Origin: Takakia lepidozioides
Taxonomy: Eukaryota > Plantae > Bryophyta
Assembly: GCA_030704615.1 (NCBI GenBank)
Contig: CM060734.1
Location: 1,488,001 to 1,552,000, forward strand
Length of the DNA: 64,000 nt
Direction: 5' to 3'
The notes below the pieces were generated by a model that worked only from the letters and a program-made list of their open reading frames with translations, was not told the origin of the DNA and made no database searches. The translations under genes and the position numbers were made by a program. Positions 1 through 12,557 of this stretch are shown here, piece after piece (position 1 is the stretch's first letter; each line of letters starts with the position of its first letter).

Positions 1-526
1 GGCCAATCAGATACTACCTTGCTCATGGTCAGTGCCCACCAAGTTATGGAAAGGAGCAGAGAAAGAGAATTGCTATCAAGGCTCTACCTTACACTATGGT
101 AGGGAGCAGAATGTATAAGCTAGGACCAGATGGAGTGCTGAAGTGATGCTTATACCACCATGAAGTTAATAAAGTTTTGGAGGAAGTTCATAAAGGAGTG
201 GCAGGAGGTCATTTTGGAGAAGAGACTACCAGCAGGAAAATACTACATGCAGGTTACTGGTGGCCTACTTTGTTCAAAGATGTACACAAGTATTGTCAGA
301 GTTGTGATGAATGTCAGAGGCTGGGACCTTTGCAGAGATCTGGGAAAATGTCTTTGCATCCTACAATGCCTACGGAACCATTTCAGAAATGGGGACTAGA
401 CTTTGTTGGACCAATTAACCCACCAGCCAAGAATACACAGAACAGGTACATAATTACAGCCACAGATTATACTACGAAGTGGGTGGAAGCTAAAGCTTTG
501 AGGGACAACACAGCCAAGTCCACAGC
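1..526 (+). mobile_element. GyA Ty3/gypsy integrase fragment (HHCC zinc finger and start of catalytic core), truncated
   Basis: ORF 177-536: H..GH...YWWPTL..DV..Y..SC.EC and [12 protein letters not shown]...TDY.TKWVEA; same sequence as 50553-51368 (-). Confidence 0.95.
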
Positions 527-880
527 AGACCAATAGGAGCCTTAGGGGTGACAGGTGCAGGCTTTAAGGGGTTTAGACAGTCAGCCACAGTCTAACACAG
601 ACAGTCAGTCACAGTCTTATACAGCTTTACACAGTCCGTCACAGTCTATCACAGCTTGCCACAGCCCGTCACAGCTTCACAGTCCGTCACAGTCCAACAC
701 AGCTATACACAGCCAGTCACAGTCGACACAGCCCGACACAGCTTTGTACAGTCAGTCACAGCCGACACAGCCCAACACAGCCAGTCACAGCCGTCACAGT
801 CGACACAGCTTCGCACAACCAGTCACAGCCCGACACAGCCAGTCGTCACAGTCGACATAGCTTCGCACAGCCAGTCACAG
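527..880 (+). repeat. Internal piece of the GyA LTR, mostly a degenerate CACAG(T/C)C tandem array
   Basis: gaccaataggagccttaggggtg matches the reverse complement of ~45350-45380 in the GyA LTR; the ACAG array matches LTR arrays at 11200-11410 and 45190-45330. Confidence 0.9.
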
Positions 881-1815
881 CTGCTGATGAGCAAGTGAGG
901 GAAGTGAATGTGGGAACTAAAGAGGAACCGAGGATGGTGAAGGTAGGAGCTGATTTGGAGCCAGAATTCTTTGAAGAAGCTAAGTGTTTGTTCATCAAAT
1001 ACAGAGATGTATTTGCTTGGAGCTATGAGGATCTAAAAGGGATACCACCTGAAATCTGTCAGCATAAGATTGAACTGGAACCGGGGTCAGTACCAATCAA
1101 GCAGGCAAGGTACAGAATGAATCCCAACTACGCACAGAAGGTTGGAGAAGAGATCAAGAAGTTGGCTGAGGCTAAGTTTATATACCCAATAGAGTATACA
1201 ACTTGGTTGTCACCCATTGTGATAGTTCCCAAGAAGAATGGTAAACTAAGAGTTTGTGTGAACTACAAGAAGCTGAATGGTTGTACGAAGAAAGATCCTT
1301 TCCCTTTGCCATTCACAGAAGCAGTATTAGACACTGTGGCAGGCCATGAGATGTACTCATTCATGGATGGCTTCAGTGGTTATAATCAAGTGCAAGTGGC
1401 AGAAGAAGACCAGGGAAAGACAGCTTTCATCACAGACTGGGGTGCTTATGCATACAAAGTCATGCCCTTTGGACTTTGTAATGCACCAACAACCTTTCAG
1501 AGAGTGATAAGTGAATCTTTTCATGAGTATCTGGATGATTTCATACAGGTGTTCTTGGATGATTTCAATGTGTACAGCTCTAAGAATGAGCACTTGCATA
1601 AATTGGAGTTATGTCTGGCCAGATGCAGGATGAGAGGTCTGGGCCTGAATCCAGAGAAGTGTACTTTCTGTGTGAACTCAGGGGTGCTTCTGGGACACAT
1701 TGTGTGCAAGAAGGGACTTCTTGTGGATCCCAGAAAGACAGAGCCCATTAAAGCCTCTCCACCACCAGTGAATGTTAAGAGTCTAAGGAGATTCCTTGGG
1801 CAAACCAGTTATTAC
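875..1815 (+). mobile_element. GyA reverse transcriptase fragment
   Basis: First ~305 aa of ORF 895-2367: WLSPIVIVPKKNGKLRVCVNY, MDGFSGYNQV, VMPFGLCNAP, VFLDDF. Confidence 0.95.
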
Positions 1816-4800
1816 GGGCAGCTTGGATCTGCCTCTGGGGGGACAGGGAGTGTGGGAAGTAGTGCAATTGGAGCTGGGAATACTGTAAGTATAGAGGGGC
1901 CAGTAGCAGGGAGTGCTCAAGGGCCAATATTTGGTGGGAGTTCCACCACTACAACAACAGGTCCTCAAGGACCAACACCAACAGGAGGACCAACAACTGT
2001 CAATGGGCAGGGTGTAGGGCCACAGATGGCGGTACCTCCAACACGGGGAAAACCACCTTTTCCAATATATGCAGGGAAAGGGGATCCTGATGTACACATC
2101 AGCCAATTTGAGCACATGTGTATTGTGAACAATGAGAATGGCGATGATGCCAAGATGAGACTATTTCCTTGTTCACTTATCAAGAAAGCAAGTGAATGGT
2201 ATGCAAGATTCCCTGATAATCATTTCCTAACCTGGAATGGCCTTAGTACAGCATTCCGGAATAGGTTCAGGACAAGCAAAACTGAGGATGAAGTGTATGG
2301 GAGTTTACAACAGTTAAAGCAAAAGAAACATGAAACTGTTGAAGAGTCATGGAAAAGATGGAGTTGATGATGAAAAAGTTGGCTGCTATGCCAGCACCAG
2401 GGTTACAGAAGACCTGGTTTGTGAGTGGATTAAGACTTGAATTACAAAAGAAAGTGGATATGCTACCTCATAATACAGTGGAGGAGGCATTTGAAACAGC
2501 CAACAGAATTGAGCAGTTGGGAATGCTCAGGAGAGAGAAAAGGGATGATGAGGACTCTGAAGATGAGTCAGATGAGGAAGAAGAGCAAGAGCTCAAGAGG
2601 AAAAGTAAGAAGAAGGAAAAGTTGAAGAGGGATAACTATGAGAAAAGATTGGAGGAAATCTTGAAGAAGTATGCCACAGAGGCTGCAACACCTTGGAGGA
2701 AAGGTGTTTGGTCTGCAAAATGCCAGAATGAAGGCCATACCACAGCTGAATGCCACATGAAGGAGAAACATTGTACTATCTGTAAAATGGATAACCATTC
2801 TACTGAGAATTGTTATTACAACAGAAGGACAGCTGCAAGAGAACCTAGGCAAGTAAGGGTGCATTAAGTGCAGCCCCAGCCAAGAAGAAACAATGATCAG
2901 GACCACTATGGAAGGCTTGGTGGTTATAACAATGGTATGGTAGGGAGAGGTAATCCAAGAGGGAATTACCAAAGCAATCTCATGGGCAACTATCAGGGTA
3001 ATCCAAGGGGGAATTACCAGCCAGGGAATCAAGATTATAGAAATAATTCCAGAATTGTTCAAGGGCGAGGACCCAATGGTGAAGAACTGTGTTATTATTG
3101 TAACCAGGCATGACATCGCAAGGCAGCCTGTCCATTCTGGATCAAACACCAGAATGAGATGAGAGCTTTTGTGAATGAGGGCCCAGTGGTGGCAGCTCAC
3201 ATGGTTAGGCCATGTTTTGTACCAGAAGTGAGTACAATGATAGTGACTAGAAGCAAAGCTAAACTAATACCTCCAGTGGATGAGGAAGAAGATGATAATG
3301 AGGATGGCAGTGATGTGCCTGAAGATGATGAGGCTTGGAGAGATGAGAAGGAACTACACAGAGAAGTGGCTGACACCATAAGGGAAATGCAGAAGAATAC
3401 TGATATCCCTATGGCAGATTCTTCTGACTCTGATAGAGAAGATAGAGACGATGAAGATGAAGTGAAGAAAGAAGTTGTACAAGTGCAGAGTAATGAAGGG
3501 ACTCTGGCTGAAGTAATATGCCAGACCAAAGTTGAGATTACCATTCGACAGCTATTGGCTGTAGCACCTCATTGTAGGCACAGGTTGTATCAAGCAATTA
3601 ATCAGATTGCTCATGTGACAGAGAACACAGACCTGAGCAGCAATGAGACAAGTTATAATGTGAAGCCTGAAGGGTAAGAAACAGTCATGGACTTTGATGA
3701 TTCTATGCCAGTAATCCATTTGAGAATTGGAAGCACAGATTTGACTGATGTACTGATAGATGGAGGCTCAGGAGTGAATATTATGACAGACCAATTAAGG
3801 CAGAAGCTTGGTATGAGTAACATGAAACCAGCCCCATTTACAGTAACAATGGCAGATCAAAGGAGTGTACAGCCTTTAGGCTTGATAAGAGGAGTGAAGA
3901 TACAGCTCCAAAAGCTGATTTTTAAGATCACAGTGACTGTGTTGAAAATGGATGATGTTATGGAAGCTTACTCCTTATTACTGGGGCGACCATGGTTGAA
4001 ACAGGCCAGGGTATTCCATGACCGGAATTCCCAGTTACTGATTGTACATGATGGGAAGTACAAGATACAGGTCACCACTAAGAAATCTAGTTGGCTACCT
4101 GCTACCAGAAGACCTCGTGGAGTCAGAGAGTATGACTGGAGGGGAGGACTTGATGAGGAGCAAGAAGCTACCCCGTTTGCTGCACACCCAGAGTGGGAGT
4201 AGGTTGCAGAAATGCAACTGGGAGGCCTGAGTTGTTTTAAAGGTATCTGTTGTGGTGCAGTAACAGCAACACCAATTGAGGGTGAACCAAGTAGTTACCC
4301 ACCACATTTCTATGAGGAAAGAGAGGGAGAAATGGAAATCCTAGAAGAACCAGCCACTGTGAGTTTACAGGATGAAGTAGTAGCTGGGTGGACAATCACC
4401 ACTAAGGAGCAGATGAGAGACGTGAATGTGGGAACTGAGGAGGAACCAAGAATGGTGAAAGTAGGGGCTGACTTGGAGCCAGAATTCTTTGAGGAAGCTA
4501 AGAGCCTGTTTATCAAATACAAAGATGTATTTGCTTGGAGCTATGAGGATCTGAAAGATTTGCCAGCATAAGATTGAACTGGAACCAGGGTCGGTACCAA
4601 TCAAACAGGCTAGGTACAGGATGAATCCTAACTATACACAGAAGGTTGGGGAAGAGATCAAGAAGTTGGCTGAGGATATACCCGATAGAGTATACAACTT
4701 GGTTGTCACCCATTGTGATAGTTCCCAAGAAGAATGGCAAATTGAGGTTTGTGTGAACTATAAGAAGTTGAATGCTTGTACAAAGAAAGATCATTTTCCT

Positions 4801-5976
4801 TTGTCATTCACAGAAGCTGTACTGGACACTGTGGCAAGCCATGAGATGTACTCATTTATGGATGGCTTCAGTGGGTATAACCAAGTGCAAGTGGCAGAAG
4901 AAGACCAAGGAGAGACAGCCTTCATCATGGACTGGGGTGCTTATGCATACAAAGTCATGCCTTTTGGACTTTGTAATGCACCAGCAACTTTCCAGAGGGT
5001 GATAAGTGAATATTTTCACAAGTATCTGGATGATTTCATGCAAGTGTTCTTAGATGACTTCAGTGTGTACAGCTCCAAGAATGAGCACTTGCAGAAGTTG
5101 GAATTATGTTTGGCCAGATGCAGGATGAGAGGTCTTGGTCTGAATCCAGAAAAGTGTACTTTCTGTGTGAATTCAGGGGTACTAATGGGACACATTGTGT
5201 ATAAGAAAGGACTGTTGTGGATCCTAGAAAGAGAGAGGCTATTAAAGCCTCACCACCACCAAGTAACGTTAAGGGTCTACGGAGGTTCCTTGGCCAAACT
5301 ACTTATTATAGAAGGTTTGTCAAACGGTATGCACAGATGGCAGCACCATTGAGAAAGCTTTTGAAGAAGGATGCAATATTTGCATGGACAGCTGAATGTC
5401 AACACGCATTTGAAGCACTTACATTGTCAGTAACAACTACATCTGTGCTGATTAACCCACATTGGCATATAGTATTTCATGTACACTGTGATGCCTCAGG
5501 AGAAGCATTGGGAGCTGTGTTAGCCCAGAATGTCACAGGAAACATAGATTCACCTGTGTACTATGCTAGCAGGTTGTTGAACAGTGCTGAAAAGAACTAT
5601 AGCACCACTGAAAGAGAAGCATTGGCAATGATATATGCAGTCAAGAAATTCAGGCATTACCTATTGGGAAGGAAGTTTATGTTTTATGTGGATCATCAGG
5701 CTTTGATTTATCTGGTGAACAAGCCTTTGATAAGTGGCAGGATAGCAAGATGGTTAATAATCTTGCACGAGTTTGAATTCAAAGTTGTTTACAAGCCTGG
5801 CTGTTTGCATCTTGTGGCAGATCACTTGTCACGCCTATCAACAGGAGAGCCCGCCACGGGAGTAGACGACCAACTACCTGATGCCAGTCTATTTGCGGTG
5901 GAGGTGCAGGGAAGTGCAGATGATTGGTTAGATTAGCAGTGACCAATCAGATACTACCTTACTCATGGTCAGTTCC
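1816..5976 (+). pseudogene. GyA degenerate gag-pol (gag core, zinc knuckles, protease, RT, RNase H, start of integrase)
   Basis: Consecutive ORFs: GDPDVHISQF gag; CTICKMDNHSTENC; protease VLIDGGSGVNI..LLLGRPWL (3687-4202); RT (4621-5352); RNase H HCDASG..YSTTEREALA..YVDHQAL (5217-5936); several stops and frameshifts. Confidence 0.93.
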
Positions 5977-8377
5977 CACCCACTCCTGTGGCGGCCTCTC
6001 CTGTTGTTAGTCGTGACAAATGATCTGCCACAAGATGCAAACGGCCAGGCTTGTAAATAACCTCGAACTCAAACTCATGCAAGATTATTAACCATCTTGC
6101 TATTCTTCCGCTTATCAGAGGTTTGTTCACCAGATATATCAGAGCCTGGTGATCCACATAAAACATAAACTTTCTTCCCAATAGGTAATGCCTGAATTTC
6201 TTGACTGCATAAATCATTGCCAATGCTTCTCTTTCCGTTGTGCTATAGTTCCTCTCAGCACTGTTCATCAACCGGCTAGCATAGTACACAGGTGAATCTA
6301 TATTCCCTGTAACATTCTGGGCTAACACCGCTCCCAACGCTTCTCCTGATGCATCGCAATGAACATGGAATACTACATGCCAGTGAGGGTTAATCAGTAC
6401 AGGTGTAGTTGTTACTGACAGTGTAAGTTCCTCAAATGCCTGTTGACATTCCGCTGTCCAGGTAAACACTGCATCTTTCTTCAGTAGTTTGCTCAATGGT
6501 GTTGCTATTTGTGCATACCTTTTGACAAATCTCCTGTAATAACTGGTTTGCCCAAGGAATCTCCGTAGACTTTTAACATTCACTGGTGGTGGAGAGGCTT
6601 TAATGGACTCTGTCTTTCTGGGATCCACAAGGAGTCCCTTCTTACACACAATGTGTCCCAGAAGCACCCCTGAGTTCACACAGAAGGTACACTTCTCTGG
6701 ATTCAGGCCCAGACCTCTCATCCTGCATCTGGCCAAACATAACTCCAATTTATGCAAGTGCTCACTCTTAGAGCTGTACACACTGAAATCATCCAAGAAT
6801 ACCTGCATGAAATCATCCAGATACTCATGAAAAGATTCACTTATCACTCTCTGAAAGGTCGCTGGTGCATTACAAAGTCCAAAGGGCATGACTTTGTATG
6901 CATAAGCCCCCCAGTCTGTGATGAAAGCTGTTTTCCCTTGGTCTTCTTCTGCCACTTGCACTTGATTATAACCACTGAAGCCATCCATGAATGAGTACAT
7001 CTCATGGCCTGCCACAGTGTCTAATACTGCTTCTGTGAATGGCAAAGGGAAAGGATCTTTCTTCGTACAAGCATTCAGCTTCTTATAGTTCACACATACT
7101 CTTAGTTTGCCATTCTTCTTGGGAACTATAACAATGGGTGACAACCAAGTTGTATACTCTATTGGGTATATAAACTTAGCCTCAGCCAACTTCTTTATCT
7201 CTTCTCCAACCTTCTGTGCGTAGTTGGGATTCATTCTATACCTCGCCTGCTTGATTGGTACTGACCCTGGTTCCAGTTCAATCTTATGCTGACAGACTTC
7301 AGGTGGTATCCCTTTTAGATCCTCATAGCTCCAAGCAAATACATCTCTGTATTTGATGAACAAGCTTTTAGCTTCTTCGAAGAATTCCGGCTCCAAATCA
7401 GCTCCTACTTTCACCATCCTCGGTTCCTCCTGAGTTCCCACATTTACTTCTCTCACCTGCTCATCAGCTGTGATTGTCCAACCAGTCACCACTTCATCCT
7501 GTAAGCTCACAGTGGCTGGTTCTTCTAGGATTTCTATTTCTCCTTCTCTCTCTTCATAGAAATGTGATGGGTAAATGCTAGTTTCCTCTTCAGTTGGTGT
7601 TGCTGTCACTACACCACAGCAGATACCTCTCAAACAACTTAGGCTTTCCAGCCGCATCTCTGCAACCTGCTCCCACTCTGGGTGTGCAGCAAATAGGGTA
7701 GCTTCCTGCTCCTCATCCAGTCCTCCTCTCCAGTCATACTCTCTGACTCCTCGAGGTCTTCTTGTAGCAGGTAATCTACTAGATTTCTTTGTGGTAATTT
7801 GTATCTCGTGTATCCCATTATGCACGGTTAGTAACTGAGAATTCCAGTCATGGACCTGTTTCAGCCACGGACGTCCCAATAATAAGGAGTAAGCCTCCAT
7901 GACTTCATCCATTTTTATTACAGTTACTGTGATCATAAAGATCATTTTCTGTATCTGTATCTTAACTCCTCTTATTAATCCTAATGGCTGCACACTTCTT
8001 TGATCTGCCATTGTTACTGTAAATGGGGCTGGTTTCATGTTACTTAGACCAAGCTTCTTCCTTAATTGGTCTGTCATGATATTTACTCCAGAACCACCAT
8101 CTATCAGTACATCAGTTAGTTCTGTGCTTCCAATTCTCAATTGGATTACTGGCATAGAATCATCAAAGTCCATGACTGGTTCTCGCCCTTCCGGCTTCCC
8201 ATTATAACTGGTCAACTTGCTGTTCAAGTCTGTGTTTCCTGTCTCTTGGGCAATTCGATTGATTGCTTGATACAGCCTGTGCCTACAATAAGGTGCCACA
8301 GCTAATAGCTGTCCAATGGTAATTTCTGCTTTGGTCTGATATATTACTTCAGCCAAAGTCTCTTCATTAGCTGGCAT
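5969..8377 (-). CDS. GyA pol fragment, uninterrupted 802-aa protease-RT-RNase H, inverted relative to the neighbouring copy
   Basis: LIDGGSG, VFLDDFSVYS, CDASGEALGAVL, VADHLSRL; cut at both ends. Confidence 0.93.
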   Translation of the reverse strand: MPANEETLAEVIYQTKAEITIGQLLAVAPYCRHRLYQAINRIAQETGNTDLNSKLTSYNGKPEGREPVMDFDDSMPVIQLRIGSTELTDVLIDGGSGVNIMTDQLRKKLGLSNMKPAPFTVTMADQRSVQPLGLIRGVKIQIQKMIFMITVTVIKMDEVMEAYSLLLGRPWLKQVHDWNSQLLTVHNGIHEIQITTKKSSRLPATRRPRGVREYDWRGGLDEEQEATLFAAHPEWEQVAEMRLESLSCLRGICCGVVTATPTEEETSIYPSHFYEEREGEIEILEEPATVSLQDEVVTGWTITADEQVREVNVGTQEEPRMVKVGADLEPEFFEEAKSLFIKYRDVFAWSYEDLKGIPPEVCQHKIELEPGSVPIKQARYRMNPNYAQKVGEEIKKLAEAKFIYPIEYTTWLSPIVIVPKKNGKLRVCVNYKKLNACTKKDPFPLPFTEAVLDTVAGHEMYSFMDGFSGYNQVQVAEEDQGKTAFITDWGAYAYKVMPFGLCNAPATFQRVISESFHEYLDDFMQVFLDDFSVYSSKSEHLHKLELCLARCRMRGLGLNPEKCTFCVNSGVLLGHIVCKKGLLVDPRKTESIKASPPPVNVKSLRRFLGQTSYYRRFVKRYAQIATPLSKLLKKDAVFTWTAECQQAFEELTLSVTTTPVLINPHWHVVFHVHCDASGEALGAVLAQNVTGNIDSPVYYASRLMNSAERNYSTTEREALAMIYAVKKFRHYLLGRKFMFYVDHQALIYLVNKPLISGRIARWLIILHEFEFEVIYKPGRLHLVADHLSRLTTGEAATGVGGN

Positions 8378-8384
8378 ATTTCAC

Positions 8385-9315
8385 GGGGTATCCCCTTTAG
8401 GTCTTCATAACTCCAAGCAAATACATCTTTGATAAACAAGCTCTTAGCTTCCTCAAAGAATTATGGCTCCAAGTCAGCCCCAACTTTCACCATTCTTGGT
8501 TCCTCCTCAGCTCCCACATTCACTTCTCTCACTTGCTTTTCAGCTGTAATTGTCCATCCAACCACTACTTCATCTTGTAAACTCACAGTGGTTGGTTCCT
8601 CTAGGATTTCTATTTCTCCCTTCTTTCTTCATAGAAATGTGGTGGATAACTGCTTGTTTCCCCCTCAATTGGTGTTGCTGTTACCGCACCACAGCATATG
8701 CCTTTAAAGCAACTCAGGCCTCCCAGTTGCATTTCTGCAACCTGCTCCCACTCTGGGTGTGCAGCAAACAGTGTAGTTTCCTACTCCTCATCAAGCCCTC
8801 CCCTCCAGTCGTACTCTCTGACTCCACGAGGTCTCCGTGTAGCAGGTAGCCTACCAGATTTCTTAGTGGTGATATGTATCTTGTGCTTCCCATCATGCAC
8901 AGTCAGTAACTGAGAATTCTAGTCATGGAATACCCTGGCCTATTTCAGCCATGGTTGACCCAGCAATAAGGACTAAGCTTCCATGACATCATCTATTTTC
9001 AACACAGTCACTGTGATCTTAAAGATCATCTTCTGAATCTGTATCTTTACTCCTCTTAGCAAGCCTAATGGCTATACACTCCTTTGATCTGCCATTGTTA
9101 TTGTGAATGGGGCTGGTTTCATGTTACTTAGTCCAAGTTTTTGCCTTAATTGGTCTGTCATAATATTCACTCCTGAGCCTCCATCTATCAGTACATCAGT
9201 CAAGTCTGTGCTTCCAATTCTCAATTGGATTACTGGCATGGAATCATCAAAGTCCATGACAGTTTCTCGCCCTTCAGGCTTCACATTATAACTTGTCACT
9301 TTGCTGGTCAGGTCT
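8385..9315 (-). pseudogene. GyA protease and pre-RT linker fragment
   Basis: ORF 9072-9299 with VLIDGGSGVNI; colinear with 7305-8230. Confidence 0.88.
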
Positions 9316-9447
9316 AGGCTAAGTTCATATACCCGATAGAGTATACAACTTGGTTATCACCCATTGTGATAGTTCCCAAGAAGAATAGCAAACTGAGAGT
9401 TTGTGTGAACTATAAGAAGTTGAATGATTGTACAAAGAAATGATCCC
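9316..9447 (+). mobile_element. Short GyA RT fragment
   Basis: aggctaagttcatatacccgatagagtatacaacttgg... matches 1169-1298. Confidence 0.85.
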
Positions 9448-10550
9448 CCTGAGCCGACATCTTTGTTGGCCTATGATCCAAATGCTCCACTTGATCCAGG
9501 TCCAACAGGTTGGGATGTCCTGGTTGTAGTCTCAACCTCAACTGTTGGCTTTACTTCTTCATACTCCTCATCTTCCAGATTCTTCTCTGTGTTTTCATCT
9601 TCCAAGTTCTTCCCTTGGATTTCTTCTTCTACACTCATATAACTCAATTGCAATGGTGTTGGAGAGTCTGAACTCTCTGTTGGCTCTGCCACATCTTCCT
9701 CTCCTTCTTTATCTTGTGATTCATAAACTGGAGTTCTTGCCTTTGGTGTCCCATGCAACTCTTATCAAAGATTTATGTCAAATCTTTTATCCAGGGATGT
9801 ACCTCAGATCTCTCCCCTCGTGGCTGATCTTCTTCCTGTACCAAATCCCTTAATCTTTCTTGTAAAGAATAAGAAGGAGTGGCATCCAACTCTGGTTCCT
9901 CCGGTATGGGTGATGTGTGAGAGGTCTAGATGATTCCCCTATGTCTATTCCTCTCTCCCAAAGATATGGATAATTAGCTTTCAAATAACTTTCTTTTTTT
10001 GCTGAATATCTGTGGAGTCTAGCTTCTCTTTCATCACTCACGTCCCATGTCTTGCATATTCTCACTGAGGCAATAACCAAAACTCTCTCCTGTAGTATCT
10101 TTCGTATATGCCTGGATTTCTTTCAAGCTTCAATGCACCCTTGGCTATATTAGAAGTCTCAGTTACCATATAACCATATGGCAAGCACATCTGAAAAGTT
10201 GTTCTTGGTGTAAGTTTGATCCACATGATATCCTTGGGAATCCAATTCTTTACCAGTACAAGTTCTTCATGCATATGAGTGTAAACATTCACTTTCCGTT
10301 CCTCCGAGCCTTCAAACTCCACTCGTTTGATGGATAGCAATGCTATCACATAAACCAGTGTTACTAACCAACTTGCTCTCCCTCTACTTCTTTGCAATCG
10401 TCTGGCAATTCCAAGAATCTCTGAAAGAATTGCTTGGACAATCGTTCTTTCTCAGTTCCACAAGGAATTTGATTCACATCAAATTCTTTAATTCTCCATC
10501 CACCATGATCCCACCGAGATGCCTGTCACATCTGGTTGTTCTTGACCCAG
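9442..10550 (-). mobile_element. GyA 5' internal region: upstream ORF and acidic gag N-terminus
   Basis: ORFs 10062-10397, 9850-10080 and 9471-9758 match 56265-56540, 56002-56250 and 55576-55902. Confidence 0.88.
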
Positions 10551-10569
10551 TTCCCCATTATGGTCGCCA
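10551..10569 (-). promoter_or_regulatory. GyA primer-binding site, probably tRNA-Arg
   Basis: Minus strand TGGCGACCATAATGGGGAA, 2 nt after the LTR end; resembles the complement of a tRNA-Arg(UCG) 3' end (...GUGGUCGCCA, recalled from memory). Confidence 0.75.
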
Positions 10570-10571
10570 AA

Positions 10572-11535
10572 TGTCGAGCGGCTTTTACTCACCCATCCCT
10601 TCACTATCCGAGGTGGGAACTCCAAGATAGAAGAGTTGGATATCTCTAAGCACTCAGCCCGCTCAGAACAATCAGTCATGACCTACAGCTAGTGTATCAT
10701 GGTTGTGCTTCCTGTTTGTATTTCTTCTTACCTTCATGTTAGCAATTTACCTCACTGTGTATACTTAAGCATTAGATTGCTTCAGTATCTATTAGGTTCC
10801 ATTCACGCATCCATTCATTCCATAGCTTCACTCAAGTCTCTCTACACAGTGTGATTGTATCAAATAAGTATCAGATTGAGACTTATCATATATCAGGCCG
10901 AAGCCATGGTGTCCCTAGCCTACTCTACGGTATATCACTACAGCTTTGCATGTATCAAGCATCTACTGATCATCTCTCTATCCTGGGTCCCGTTCCTTCT
11001 CTCCGCCTCATCTCCTCTCGTGAATGACCCCGCCGTCCTCTCCGTGAAGTCCCCCCTCCCTGTTCCTACTCTGCCTAATCTACCTGCAAGCTGTTCTAAC
11101 CGCGTAACTAACTAACTGTCATCCAGACATAATGCACGTTCCCACTGCAAATGTCGTTCCCACACAGTCGTTCCCTGTCGCTAATATCTGTTCCCTGTGT
11201 ACGCTGTGACGGGCTGTGTTCCGCTGTATCGGCTGTGACTATGCCGAGCTGTGACAGGCTGTGTCGGACTGTGTCGGTTGTGACTGGCTGTGTAAAGCTG
11301 TTTTGAGCTGTGATAGACTGTGACTAACTGTGATAGGCTGTGATTGACTGTGACAGACTATGTAAGGCTGTGTCGGGCTGTGTAAGACTGTGTATGGCTG
11401 TGACTGACTGTGCAACCTTGTGTACCACCCCCTAAGCCTGTGTTGATCTAAGTCTATCATCGTAAGTCTGCGCAAAAATTAAGGGTACCCCACAGAACCC
11501 GTAAAACTGTCTAAGTCCCAGACAACCCTCTAACA
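10572..11535 (-). mobile_element. GyA 5' LTR (964 bp, TG...CA)
   Basis: Plus strand tgtcgagcgg...ccctctaaca; homologous end to end with 44563-45468; adjacent PBS. Confidence 0.93.
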
Positions 11536-12557
11536 CTCCATTCCCCTAATTCTCTTCATCCCAGACAAACAAGAAGGCCTTGTTTGGAATAGCTGTAGGA
11601 AAGCTTGTAGGGCGTAAAGCATGAAAGTATGGTTGGCACAGAATGGAACGGGTAAGTGAGTGTAAGCCTGTGGGGCTTGCAAATAGTGAGTGAGAGAGAA
11701 TGTACTTTCAACCCGTCCGTCCTTGCGCCACTGCGTAAGAAGTAAAGCTAGCGTATAGTCTGTGATATCCGCCATAGCTACAAAGCTATAGCTTTGATTT
11801 CCCCTCCCGTCGAGACGCTGGTTATTCGGAGCAACCCCTACTTTTCCGCTCATAACTTTTTTAATTTCTTGTTCTTGTTTCTTGGAGGGAACCACTTGCA
11901 TGAAATTTACGTTCCTGATTGGCTGTTGCCTCATCGGGTAACTTCTCAATTTTACCCCCGTCTGTTCACATTCCCACTTGGAATGCCCACTAGGACAGCA
12001 CATGTGGCAAAGGTCCCCCTTTGTTGTACGCGTAAAGGATTCCGTTATTTGCCTCCTGGATGCATTAATGGCCCCATAACTAGTATCGGCTGATGTACCG
12101 GGTAGGTACTTTGACGGCCCTGTTTGTCTTCTTGCATGATGACACCCGCTATTGCAGACTTACATGCAATACGGAGCGCTTTGCCCCTTAGGCCACGTGT
12201 TCAATTTTAAACATGCTCCCGTCTTCCTCTGTCCGCGTGGCACATTCTCCGAGTTTGACTTCTAAACTTCTTTTACACTCACCGGCCACTTCCCTGACGT
12301 TAACCCACGTCCACCTATCACTGACCCTATGGACTGTGCAACTTGTGTGGGTTGTGTTTGGCTGTGATAGGCTATGTCAAACTGTGGTGAGTTGTGATAT
12401 GCTGTGGTAAACTGTGGTGGGCTGTGATGGCTGTGTGAACATCCGTGTTCTCTGCGATGGCCATACACATTCGGCTTTACGACAAGTGCTTCATGCTCCG
12501 TTGGTGTTACCGGTGTAGGCTGTGACTGCATCTGTGTTTCAAGATGCAAATCATACT
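11536..12557 (-). mobile_element. GyA post-integrase region (tandem repeat and start of accessory ORF) abutting the LTR, probably a nested same-family insertion
   Basis: Colinear with ~49034-50110; MADITDYTLALLLTQWRKDGRVESTF in ORF 11530-12003. Confidence 0.88.

Noticed and set aside
555-898. Ser/Gln/Thr/His-rich ORFs as proteins
   Set aside because: They are translations of the LTR CACAG tandem repeat; the same applies to 11239-11475 and 49704-50048.
895-2367. Novel RT-gag gene order as a real element
   Set aside because: The fusion cuts both domains at a rearrangement junction; other copies show the normal gag-pol order.
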